A stretch of DNA of 41,083 bases, taken from positions 44,737,797-44,778,879 of the forward strand of contig NC_068991.1 of NCBI RefSeq assembly GCF_001194135.2, given 5' to 3'. The notes beneath the pieces are model-generated. The model saw only the letters and a program-made list of their open reading frames with translations, was not told where the DNA came from and searched no databases. Shown in pieces: positions 1 through 10,865 of this stretch (position 1 is its first letter; the number at the start of each line of letters is the position of its first letter). A program made the position numbers and the translations under genes. This stretch comes from Octopus bimaculoides (lineage: Eukaryota).

Positions 1-88
1 TATATATATATGTATGTGGATGTATGTGTGTGTGTGTGTGTGTATGTATGTGTGTGTGTGTGTGTATGTGTTTATGACTTGTGAACTT

Positions 89-913
89 TGCTTCTTTGTG
101 TATGCATACATATACATGTGAGAGTGCACATGTGTGCGTGCATGAACGTGTGTGCGCATATGAACGTGTGTGCGTGTGTGTACGGGTGCACACGCGGATG
201 CCTGTATGTAGGTAATAGCGTTCTTTTTGCTAAAACTTTAAAAATTTTGTTCGCTTTTTGTAATTGTGAAATTTTTTCGCCATGAACGGTTTGTGTTTTT
301 AAACGGAGTGTATTTTTTCTGCTGTTATATTTATTCCTGAATGATGTGTAAATGTAAAGAAATTTTGATTTAAGTCTCTTAATGAATTCTTTATACTGAA
401 ATATATACTGAAGAAGATAAATATGTTCATTTGAATTTATACGTTTTTGCGTCGTAACTCCGTTATTATTATTAATAATATAACCAAAAGGATCGATTCT
501 TGAAGAGTCTGCATGCCTTCACTGTCGTTTTTTTTCTGCTATTTTGATGATGATTTTTTGAGTTAGCTTACCAATTATTTTTGTTGGTAGTTAATTTATA
601 ATATATATATATAGGTTTATATAGGTTTATTTGGGGGTTAAAAGAACAAAATAAGAACTTTTCGTTAGAATGGTCTATTATAGGGAGGGTTTCCCATACG
701 ATAAGGGTAGGAGGTATTGCAACTTGTGCAATCTTGAGTTGTTTTTTATTCTATTTTCTAAGCATAAACTAATTAATAAACTAACATATAATGGGTTCAG
801 ATGTGTTCACGTTCGCAAACATGCTTCTTTGTGTATGCATACATATACATGTGAGAGTGCACATGTGTGCGTGCATGAACGTGTGTGCGCATATGAACGT
901 GTGTGCGTGTGTG
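89..913. repeat. Perfect 92-bp direct repeat (89-180 and 822-913)
   Basis: TGCTTCTTTGTGTATGCATACA...GTGTGCGTGTGTG is identical in both copies by eye, offset 733 bp. Confidence 0.95.
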
Positions 914-1217
914 CACAATGCAAGTAAATGCAGTCGAACAAAAACGGATGCACACTATGCAATTTTATTTCTTTAGGTTTGGGGAAATGATCAGTACCCA
1001 AATCTATGACAAGTCCAGAGACCGGCAAGAATGAAGACTGATGTCATTAACGTTTCGCTTAAGTCATTGCAACTCGACGACAACAGGTAAGACATGTAGA
1101 AAGAGGGAATTCCACTGGGATGGCATCATTGTTGAGATAGGACTGTATGTGGTGGTTAGCGTAGCCTCCTGCTGCTGAAGATAAAACTCATCAAGAGCAA
1201 TGAGAGATGGAGAAACG

Positions 1218-1259
1218 AGTGAGTTGAGGCCAAAAATTTATGCCTTAACATGCACGCCC

Positions 1260-1296
<37 letters not shown>

Positions 1297-1335
1297 AGAA
1301 AGAAAGAGAGACAGATGACGGTAAAGAAGAGAGAT

Positions 1336-1380
<45 letters not shown>

Positions 1381-1649
1381 AAAAGGGTGAGTTANNNNNN
1401 NNNNNNNNNNNNNNNNNNNNNNNNNNNNNNNNNNNNNNNNNNNNNNNNNNNNNNNNNNNNNNNNNNNNNNNNNNNNNNNNNNNNNNNNNNNNNNNNNNNN
1501 NNNNNNNNNNNNNNNNNNNNNNNNNNNNNNNNNNNNNNNNNNNNNNNNNNNNNNNNNNNNNNNNNNNNNNNNNNNNNNNNNNNNNNNNNNNNNNNNNNNN
1601 NNNNNNNNNAGTGAGTTGAGGCCAAAAATTTATGCCTTAACATGCACGC

Positions 1650-1695
<46 letters not shown>

Positions 1696-1731
1696 AAGAA
1701 AGAGAGACAGATGACGGAAAAGAAGAGAGAT

Positions 1732-1788
<57 letters not shown>

Positions 1789-1802
1789 AAAAGGGTGAGT
1801 TA
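1218..1802. other. Assembly gap (N 1395-1609) with duplicated flanks (1218-1394 ~ 1610-1802)
   Basis: AGTGAGTTGAGGCC...GGGTGAGTTA lies on both sides of the N run, differing only in microsatellite lengths and one substitution. This is typical of an unmerged contig overlap. Confidence 0.85.
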
Positions 1803-2409
1803 AACATACTACCAACATGCGGTGTATTGAGTATAATGCAGCAATTCATTATAATTTCAACGTATGAAAGTATTTCGTTGTGTATAAATCCTCATTTTGT
1901 TAGTTTTCTTTTTCTTTACCTATCTATATACGCCCACAGGTATACATACATATATATATTATAATCTATAATATTTTGCTACGGTTTACGTATGTAACAC
2001 TTTAAACAAACACCACCATAACTATGGAACGGAAACGAAAACAACTAGTCGATACAAAACATTCATTTGACGATTGATAAACTACGGATCGAAAATCGAA
2101 GATAAACTGACAAAATATTTATATTATATTTATAAGACAATTAACTGTTAAATAAATATTTTAAAGTGTGACATTCATACATATGAACATACGTCCTACG
2201 CCCACACAAGTACATTTGTATATTTATCTATAACAATATATACACTGGCAGAAGTACCCGGCGTTGCTCGGGTTAAAGTTGCGTTCAAAAATTTGATATA
2301 CGAGTTTTTTTTTAATAATTATTGTGATGAGTAATTCTAACATTACTGGCATAACAAATGCTGTGAGATGAACATCAATAATATACTTGAAATAGAAAAC
2401 AAAAGGAAG

Positions 2410-3089
2410 CTAGGATAAAACTTCTTTATATACAATAGTATGAGTTTTTCCCAGTAGAATATAAATGAAAAAAATTTTTGAACTTCCAACACGTGAACAT
2501 CCAACATACATTTGTCCATGAGAGAAGCAAGTCTCCTCCATTTGCAAACCAGTTACTGATAATGTCTGTCCTTGTCATTTGTTGATGGACATGGCAAAAC
2601 TTAGTCTAAATGGAAACTGTACTCTTTTAAATTGTACTGGTGAATCAGTAGGTTTAATGGAGTCCTAGTACTGAATAAATTCTTGCCTGCTCCATATTCA
2701 GAGAGTACAGTAGCTTCTATAATATGTGACATCGTTTTCTTCACAATAAGTCTTACTCCTCTGCACAATTTTGGAGGATCTAAATTTCTTAGAAGCATTG
2801 TAGGTACTCCAAGTTTCAAGTCATGTTTATGAGGAGGTAAAATTGGTGGTTCCAGTGAGTTTAAAAATTGAACTGCATAATTTACTATTTTTGATTGGTC
2901 AACAGTAGTGTCAATAGACCTGTATGACTGGCAATTTCCAGGAAGGCACATTATGAGATCAAAGTTTATTGCGTTCACTAATACATTTTTCGGGGCTAGA
3001 ATTGCCCTTTCACTCAACCATTTGTAATATCTATGTTGTGCACTGAGATTTGGGAAGACTTTGTTAACAGGTTCTTTCTCTGATTTCAC
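2410..3089 (-). pseudogene. Helitron Rep/Hel Pif1-family helicase, C-terminal fragment (frameshift and stop)
   Basis: The ORF gives WLSERAILAPKN...FLNSLEPPILPPH...LKLGVPTMLLRNLDPPKLC. After a frameshift near 2655 it reads PTDSPVQFKRVQFPFRLSFAMSINK*QGQTL...CFSHGQMYVGCSRV...TIVYKEVLS*, stop at 2410-2412. These are the diagnostic Helitron helicase terminal motifs. Confidence 0.95.
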
Positions 3090-3096
3090 CAGTGTG

Positions 3097-3098
<2 letters not shown>

Positions 3099-3178
<80 letters not shown>
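3099..3178. repeat. Compound (TA)n(GA)n microsatellite inside the Helitron
   Basis: Read directly from sequence. Confidence 0.95.
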
Positions 3179-3181
<3 letters not shown>

Positions 3182-3379
3182 CTCTGATGTCATTTGGCTG
3201 CCATGTATAGCTATGCCACTGACCATGTAGAAGGTATTTCCCCTCCCTTCACAGTAAGTGAATTAACGAGGGAGAAAGGGGTGAATACACCTGCTAACAC
3301 ACGAGCAACAGCATGTTACACACATACCGCATTAACGTCCATTTATTTTTAGGAAAGAACCAAAACTAACGGTCGAGTC

Positions 3380-4231
3380 AAATTTTCGGCGGACGTCAGC
3401 GATAGGTGGCTCACATAAATTGAAATTTCTCCATTTTGACGGGGATTTTTGAGACTTTTATTTTCTCTTCACGGTGCCATTGGAAATAATCTGGAGCATC
3501 TTTTCATCAAATGATTTTTTTCGAAAAATTTATTTTTTATACCCCCTCCCCCACTCTCCCCCCTCTCCAGACCGATTTTGGTCTATATTGTGGGCACTAA
3601 GCACGATGATTGGGTGGGAAGAGACAGTACGCACTCAATAATTATATGAGAAGCCTGTTCGATAGAAAAAAAAAAAAAGTGTAAAAAATTTCAGACGGAA
3701 AGGTGTGATTAAAGTGAGATTTGGCTGTTGTTTCTAGCATATCCCATGACCGGGAAGGTTTAGGGTTAATAAAAATCATAAACTCTCAAAAATGTTTTTT
3801 AATAGTATAAATAAGTTTATGTTATTAATGGGGAAAAATATTGAAAAATATCAATACTTATCAGAGTGACAAAGAAACGAAGAAGGTGATCATGGTATAT
3901 GCTAGAAACAACAGCCAAATCTCCCTTTAATCATATCTTTTCGTCTGAAAATATTTACTTTTTTTTCTACCGTAAAGGCTTCTACTATAGTTCTTAAGTG
4001 CATAGTGCCCCAAAAAATTATCGTGCGTAGTATCCACAAAATAGACCAAATTCGGTCTGGAGAGGGGAAGATTGGGAAGGGAAGGGATAAAAGAACCATT
4101 TTCCGAAAAAAAAATTTTTTTAAAGAGATGTTCCAGATTATTTCCGAGGGCAGTGTGAAAAAAAAAAAAACTGAAAAATCAGATAAATTCCAACTTATGT
4201 GCGCCCCCTATCGCTGACGTCCGCGAAATTT
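3380..4231. repeat. Long imperfect inverted repeat: arms ~3380-3749 and ~3890-4231, 140-bp spacer
   Basis: Collinear reverse-complement matches at several blocks: 3380-3428 vs 4185-4231 (CGGACGTCAGCGATAGG), 3480-3530 vs 4100-4150 (GGAAATAATCTGGA), 3562-3610 vs 4016-4065 (CTCTCCAGACCGA..TTGGTCTAT), 3709-3749 vs 3890-3930 (GAGATTTGGCTGTTGTTTCTAGCATAT). Confidence 0.92.
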
Positions 4232-4386
4232 TCGTTGAATGAGGACTATCTCTTGTCTCAAAAGAATATAGGTCCAAATTTGAGGACAACCTACAGCTGA
4301 GTCTAAGGACCTTTCTTACCAAGTTTGAACATGATTGGTTAACTGGTTTTTGAGTGCATTGGTAACAAACAGACAAACAAGCAATT

Positions 4387-4418
<32 letters not shown>

Positions 4419-5530
4419 AGATACACACACATACACACACATATTTGTTTGGTTTATTTTCTTTTAATCCTCAGTTCTGTGGTGTGGGACTGTGGGTTCA
4501 AGTCCAGCCATCTGCACTTTTCTCTGAGTAAGAAAATACAGTGCAGCGTATTACGGTATTTTAGTGTTACCAACGTTGTACTGTAGAAGAATAATATTAC
4601 AGATGGATTGTGTCCTAATTCCATAGTTAAGTTTGTTTAAAATATTAGCTATTTACGTTATTTCTACACAATTTCAGTAGTTTTAATTTTGATCAATTTT
4701 ATGTAACTCGTTCTAGAGTGCTTTCTAGAAAAGAGAAGTGTATAACAAAGAATGTAGTTTTCAAAGCCGTTCTCTACCATGGCTGCACATATTGTACTAT
4801 TTTTGGGGGGATTTTACGCTATCTACAGAATCAAAAGCACCAGGAAAAATTTGAAAAGAAATTATGTATTTCATGGCACTGAAACAACTTTAAGCATTCT
4901 TATAGTCATCAAAATAACCTTGGAATCTCCACGGATATTGCTAGTATCATAATTTGTAAGGAGTTCATAAACAAAATCCATAGTACGCAATATGTTGTGT
5001 AGAATGAATATATTTATAATAACATAGTACATAAATATTACAACATTTAGTTGCATCCAATCTGCGTTCTGTGCTGAAATCCTGCGGAGATGGATTTTAC
5101 ATTTCCTCTACAGAATGTTAATTTTCAGATTTATATTTGTGGGCGACTTTTGTTAAAGGTGAAAAGCTGTCATATATTATGGCATGTACGATAAGTCTTC
5201 TATGAATGTCAATTAGATTAATAATATTTATTTGCTCGATCCTGATGATAGGAAATAGTGTTCAAGTTTTTCATTCAGTTTAAACGGATAGGAAGTATTG
5301 TCTTCTAAATTTTTCAATGTTTTACTCATTCGAATGAAATAAAAAATTAAATGAAAGTGAAATACAGGATGGTTATCAAGAAGTAAAGCACTGATGAGTA
5401 GGTTTGTAATATTCTAGCAGAAAAGTATTTGGAAAAGCAGATAAACTTTTACTACAATTTTATCGACTTTAAAAAGGCTTTTGATTATTTGTGGCATGAA
5501 AAACGATGTTTTATTGTGAGAAAATATAAC

Positions 5531-5646
5531 TTTGCCTTTCATCTCTTCGAGAAGGATAAAATGAATACTGGTGTAGTACTTGGGTCGATGTAACTACTAG
5601 GTTTCTCTTCTTTAAATTGCTGGCTTTGTGCCTAAATTATGAATCA
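5531..5646 (+). mobile_element. 5'-truncated tRNA-derived SINE with 14-bp TSD
   Basis: Core TTTGCCTTTCATC...GATAAAATGAATACTGG...GGGTCGATGTAA plus tail TTGCTGGCTTTGTGCCTAAATT. Flanked by TGAGAAAATATAAC at 5517-5530 and 5647-5660. Confidence 0.85.
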
Positions 5647-5739
5647 TGAGAAAATATAACACTAGCGTACCTTTGGTAAATATATCGTTATATTAACATG
5701 CTAGGTGTCTGATTTTTGTCAGAAACTCACCAAACAATA

Positions 5740-7030
5740 GTTGGTATCACGCAAAGATGTCTTCCAAGGACATTCATGCCGACATGCTTGCTACATTAGG
5801 GGATGGTGCTACAGCTTTATCAGCTGTGCAAAAGTGGACAGCTGAATTTAGGAGGGGAATGGAGTCTTGAAAATAACCCGAGGTATAAACGTCCTGCAGC
5901 TATCACCACTTAGGAAAACATCGAGTGCGTTCACCTCATGGATATGGATGAGAGGCAACTGACTATAAATCCAATAGCCAATGCTATCGGCATATACCAA
6001 GAGAGAGTTGAGAATACTCTGCACAATGAACTTGGCATGACGAAGGTTTCTGCTCATTGGATGCCATGTCTTCTGATACCTGATCAAGAGCGCACCAGGC
6101 TGATCACATCATGGAAAAATCTGATATTATTTGAGGTAGATTCAGCTGGTTTTATTGAACATTTCCCAACCCAGGATGAGTATTGGGTTCATCACTTTGA
6201 GCCAAAGACAAAGAGACAATCCATGCAGTGGAAACACCCTTCTTTACCTGCTCTAAAGAAGGCCAAGATCGCTTCATCTGCACGGAAGGTGACGGTATCG
6301 GTTGTTTTGGGAGGATGCAAAAAGCATTGTGTTTACTATCTTCAAAAGGACCACACCATCAATGGAGAGTACCATGCCAACTTCCTGAGGCAGTTACCAA
6401 AAGCTATCAAGACCAAACGCCCAGAAAAACTGACGAAAGGGGTATTGTTTCATCAGGACAATGCTCCAGTATGCAAATCCTTTATTTCAATGGCTGCTGT
6501 GCGTGACTGTCTTTGATCTAGTCGATGATCTTCTGTATTATCCTGATTTGGCTCCATCTGACTATCATCTGTTTTCCAACATGTAAAAACATTTGGTTGG
6601 AACTAGTGTTGCAGCGATGATGACCTCATATCTGCTGTTGATTGTTTTTACCAATAGGGTGAAAGCTTCTACACCAATGGTATCCAAGCATTGCTATATC
6701 GATGGAAGAAGTGTGTGTGGGGACTATGTTAAAATCCTTTCTACTGTAGGTACAAGGCCTAGAATTTGCGGGGAGGGGAAAGTCGATTACAAAGACTCCA
6801 GCACTTGAGTGATACATAATTTATCGACCGCGAAAGGATGAAAGGCAAGTCGACCTCGGCGGAATTTGAACGCAGAACGTAAAGACGAACGAAATGACGC
6901 CATGCAGTTTGCCCGGCGTGGTAATGATTCTAACAGTTCACAGAAAAAATAAACCTCATTTGGACACACTCCATGAGAGTATAAAAAATAAGTAGGGAAT
7001 GTATTCTATGAGGTTTTCAGCCGATCCTCG
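5740..7030 (+). mobile_element. Mariner (Tc1/mariner) element remnant with transposase pseudogene; right TIR present, left TIR not found
   Basis: Reads SSKDIHADML...VQKWTAEFRRG, KVSAHWMP, TQDEYWVHHFEPKTKRQSMQW, LFHQDNAP, YPDLAPSDYHLF and RWKKCV..GDYV. After the SINE the mariner 3' sequence resumes (6943) and ends TTTTCAGCCGATCCTCG^TA at 7030-7032. Confidence 0.92.
6733..6942 (-). mobile_element. tRNA-derived SINE, near full length, inserted in the mariner 3' end
   Basis: AAGGATGAAAGGCAAGTCGACCTCGGCGGAATTTGAACGCAGAACGTAAAGACG is the reverse complement of the family head (B-box) and core. Tail AATCCTTTCTACTGTAGGTACAAGGCC. Confidence 0.92.
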
Positions 7031-7924
7031 TAGAAGATAGAATTGTTAGTATCTCCGAATTGCTTATGATATTGACAAAATGAAGAAGTAATAGATTTAA
7101 CAACGTGTTGATACAAAATTTGTAATGGAAATAAGTGTCGAAAAACGAAAATGATGTACAATAACTAAAAAATGTCAATTCAATTAAAGTAGCAGTGAAA
7201 TCCCCTCAAAGAACATGAATGAAATTTTTTGGAAGGAGCAATAACGAAAAATGAGATCAAAGACAAGTAAAATGCCGGATTGCAGCAGCTACAGTCGCTT
7301 TGGTAAAATTCCAACTGCATTTTATGGATGTGAACCATGACATTGGATACTGAAAGCGATAATGTTTTAGAGAGTATGTACAGAACATCGAACTTAAGAG
7401 AGATTTTATCGAAATAAATAATTCGAAAAACTGCATGTCAGTTATCAAAATGCAGAAAATGATGTTGGTTGTAACACGACGCTATGATACTCTTACTCTC
7501 GCAAATATGTTCATGCACAGAAGAACTAGAAGGTTGTCGAGCTACAATCATAGGACGGAAACAAGGAAGAAGATAGTATGGAAGGAGGTTGTGCCTCTTG
7601 TTGCGCACCATGATCTACAAAGTTTATGAGTTTTGATTAACATCTCTACAGCAATTTATTTTTCCTCCTTGTAAACATTAATGAAATGTTGGATTACCAC
7701 TGAAGACTTCGTGGTAATCCAACATAAAATGTTGGATTATCAAGAACATGTCTGTCTGGCGCAGCCCGTCCCTATTTACCATGTGAAATAAAATGGTTCG
7801 GCTGACTATGGAATTTACATCTCTGATGTTACTTGTCGAACACGTACTATCACTCAATGGCGCCCGATAGCCCTACTCATGAAATAATAAGTTGCGAAAA
7901 AGAGGGAAGGAGGAATAGAAATAG

Positions 7925-7935
7925 AGTGAGTGAGT

Positions 7936-8017
<82 letters not shown>

Positions 8018-8152
8018 GATAGCCTATCTTGAAAAAAGTTGTGATACTGAGTGACAAAAAAATATTTGCAAATTTAATGTTTATAAGTCCTCGCTCTTGG
8101 CGTCTCATAATCCAGGAACTCAAGTAAAACACCCCCGACTGCTTCTGTTGTT

Positions 8153-8199
<47 letters not shown>
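7925..8199. repeat. (AG)n tract (~7925-8010) and (ACT)n tract (~8152-8199)
   Basis: Read directly from sequence. Confidence 0.95.
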
Positions 8200-8200
<1 letters not shown>

Positions 8201-9149
8201 ACAAAAATAAAACTTTGTTTTTATCCCTTTATAAAGATGAAGTCTAATACAGTTGTGAAATGTGGTGGTGGTGGTGGTGGTGGGGATTCCTCTAAAATGA
8301 TTTGAGAAATGCGATAATTAGAAATTATTCAAAAACATTAAAAACAAGCAGAGACTCTCAGAAAAACAGCTACACTTAATGGAATTCCTGGGCGGGGCTG
8401 GGTGGAATAAATAAAAAGACGTTATTTTCTGGAATATGGCAGAAGCGAAACCAAAGAACCAGCTTTCGGTGCTATAATAACAAACATGGGCATACAACCA
8501 CAGATTTTTGATAAATCTATCAAATCGAACACACCACTTCATTGGTTTTTATTTTATTGCATATATGAATCTGTATGTTTTGACTTGTGTATGTGTACAT
8601 ATACGTATCTTTGCATGTTTATAAGTGTGTATATGTATCTTCAATGGCTTAAATGTCTGGAAAATTTTACATATTTTCGCCGTTCCATTCATAGCTTGCA
8701 ATCATAATTTTTCATTGTAGCCTCGCTTCTTAAGACTGTGCTGAAGCATTTACATAAATAAGTGCTCTGAGCAACATTGGTAGAAATCTAAAGTTATAAT
8801 ATAGGTGTAATATTTTCAGAATTCTGATTGGTTCAACATAGATGGTTCCTTTTTTTCATTTATTTTAAATACTGTGTCTAGTGGAGAATTGATATCTTCT
8901 ACTTTTCTGGAATGGAAAACATAGCCTTCGAAGTAGGAGCCAATATGCTATGCTATATCATACCATGGGCTTTTAACTCCTTGATAGAGTCATAGGGGTG
9001 TCATCGGGACATATGGGTGTCATGGCATTTTAGACCTGACTGAGCCTATCTCTCCCCAGTCAATCTCTTCCAGAAGGAAAGAAGCAGATAGAAAATGAGA
9101 GTAAGAAAGCAAGAAAAGAATGGACTCTAGTCTATAAAGTGCTGATGCT

Positions 9150-9270
9150 ATATTTATCGATCTCAAAAGAATGATAGGCGAAGTTGACGTTATTTGAACT
9201 CAGTGCACAGCGAGTTGGAACAATAACACAAAACTATCTATTCGATGCTCTAACGACCCTGTCAATTGCA
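9150..9270 (-). mobile_element. Old, diverged SINE fragment (same family)
   Basis: TATTTATCGATCTCAAAAGAATGATAGGCGAAGTTGACG..ATTTGAACTCAG matches the family core on the minus strand. Confidence 0.7.
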
Positions 9271-9840
9271 ATTGACTATCTAAGCACTAATGTGTCAGGT
9301 ATTTTTTAAGATAGACAACTCAAATTATTTGTTACTGTCACTCAGTAGTTTTCTGACTTCGTAGATGCACACGAAATATTGATTTGCAGAAAGTCTTTGA
9401 TTAGATATTCTTTTGCAGCAAAGCTGTGTAAGAGCAACGTGGATGTTTATCCCTTATTAACAGTGAGGAAAATACTTCGTGACAAGCTGTCTTCCAGCAC
9501 TCACCAAGGTTATTTACGTAAAGATGTATTTGACGCTTAGTGGTCAGTAAATACTGTCGAAGGGATATGATGCGATATTAAACCCCTTCCTCTTTTTGTT
9601 TTTAAAGGTAGAAACAGTTATAGTTATAGTTTACTGTTATAGTTTTCGGCTATATATGTAAAGTTGGAAACTTTTGGGAGAGGTAGAGTTATAACTATCC
9701 TAGATTATTGTAATTACTATACACCTAATAAGCTGACCTGTCAGCTTTCTATTCCAGATTGAAGGAGACAGCTGTTACAACACTTTGAACACACACTACT
9801 AAACACTGCTTGTCACAGCTGACTAGTTTACAGAATGCAG

Positions 9841-10865
9841 ATGGGAAGTGAAAACAAATTGGAAGTTCGCTATGCAATAAAGTCTACTGTTAAACTGGGC
9901 AAAAATTCTACAGAAACTTATGAAATGCTCAAAACTGTTTATGGATTAAATTGTATGAGCTGAGTATCTGCTTTTCGTTGCCACAAGATTTAAGAACGGT
10001 ACGGAGGATGTGAGAAACGATGACAGGTGGAGGAGAGAGGGATGTCAGAACACCAGAGCTGATAAAATTTGCAATTTTCTCGGATGAAGACTGCTGTATG
10101 TCTATAAAAACAATAAGTATACAATTTGGAGTTGGTATGACAACTGTACACAGAATTATTCGTGAAGATCTGAACATGCGTACAATTTGTGTATAGTTTG
10201 TTCTAAGAGTGCTCAGTGACGAACAGAAGGAAAGACGCGTTGGTGACAGTGAGGAAATGGCTGGACTCATTCCCTCCAATCCAAGAGTACTTGAGTGCAG
10301 ATAGAGTACCCAGTAGAAGTGTGCTGGCTCCTCCAGACTCAAGAAGTCCCAGCAAAGCAAGCCCACCGGGAAGATCATGATGATCTCCTTTTTCGATAGT
10401 AAGAGCATCATCTACATTTATTGGGTTTCCTCTGGCCTGACGGTTAACAAAGAGATTTTGAGGGAGTTCAGGAAGAAATTTTTTCTACTCGAATCGGCGT
10501 TACCTGCACCAAGACAATGCACCAGTCCACATTTCCGTTCTGGTAACCAAATACCTAACAAAGATGGTCATCAAAACTGCTGTCACCCTCCCTACAATCT
10601 AGAGCTTGCTCCCTGTGACGTTTGGTTGTTCCCCAAGCCGAAGGAAAACCTGAGGAACAGTCATTTTGAGGATGAAAGAGGTTGTGACAAGGGTCCTGTA
10701 ACCTTCATTTTGGAGGACTTCCACGAGGTCTTCACGAAGTGGTTGGAGTGCTACAACAAGTGCATTGAAGTGAGTGGATCTTATTTGAAATAGATTAGCT
10801 TTATACCTCTTTGAATTTAATGTGACCCTCCTGAAAAAGTCTAAAAACTTCTGGAATGCACCTTG
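9841..10865 (+). mobile_element. Mariner transposase pseudogene (second family), internally deleted
   Basis: Reads MGSENKLEVRYAIKSTVKLGKNSTETYEMLKTVYG, MMISFFDSKSIIY.YWVSSG.TVNKE, HPPYNLELAPCDVWLFPK and KWLECYNKCIEVSGSY. A TIR-like end AAAACTTCTGGAATGCACCTTG lies at ~10844-10865. The first catalytic Asp region appears deleted. Confidence 0.9.

Larger units (their letters stand above)
2245..4421 (-). mobile_element. Non-autonomous, internally deleted Helitron with both termini
   Basis: Minus-strand 5' end A^TCTATAGATAG...ATAAAATTGCTTGTTTGTCTGTTTGTT at 4421. The 3' end is a GC hairpin ACCCGAGC-AAC-GCCGGGT (2256-2273), a 7-nt spacer, then CCAG^T at 2245 (variant of CTAG^T). The helicase remnant lies inside, in the same orientation. 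Confidence 0.8.
5290..7620 (+). mobile_element. Decayed RTE-clade LINE reverse-transcriptase remnant, interrupted by SINE and mariner insertions
   Basis: 5410-5530 reads ILAEKYLEKQINFYYNFIDFKKAFDYLWHE...RKYN. 7053-7076 reads LRIAYDID (degenerate LRFADDID), followed by MEISVEK, RIAAATVAL and YGCEP-like C-terminal motifs to ~7620. Confidence 0.8.

Noticed and set aside
89-915. TRIM or mini-LTR interpretation of the 92-bp repeats (start TG, second copy followed by CA)
   Set aside because: The first copy ends TA rather than CA, there is no 4-6 bp TSD (AACTT vs CAATG), and no PBS or PPT is recognisable.
1218-1802. Apparent ~180-bp tandem duplication
   Set aside because: The copies abut an N gap on either side, so an unmerged contig overlap is the simplest explanation.
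4475-4527. Possible exon (pyrimidine-rich CAG acceptor, GTAAGA donor) containing a B-box-like GGTTCAAGTCC
   Set aside because: Weak donor context (TGA|gt) and no recognisable peptide; equally explained as a decayed tRNA/SINE head.
5938-6516. 192-aa ORF as a functional or domesticated transposase (SETMAR-like)
   Set aside because: It is flanked by stops and frameshifts in the same transposase, lacks the N-terminal HTH and C-terminal catalytic part in frame, and has no SET domain nearby.
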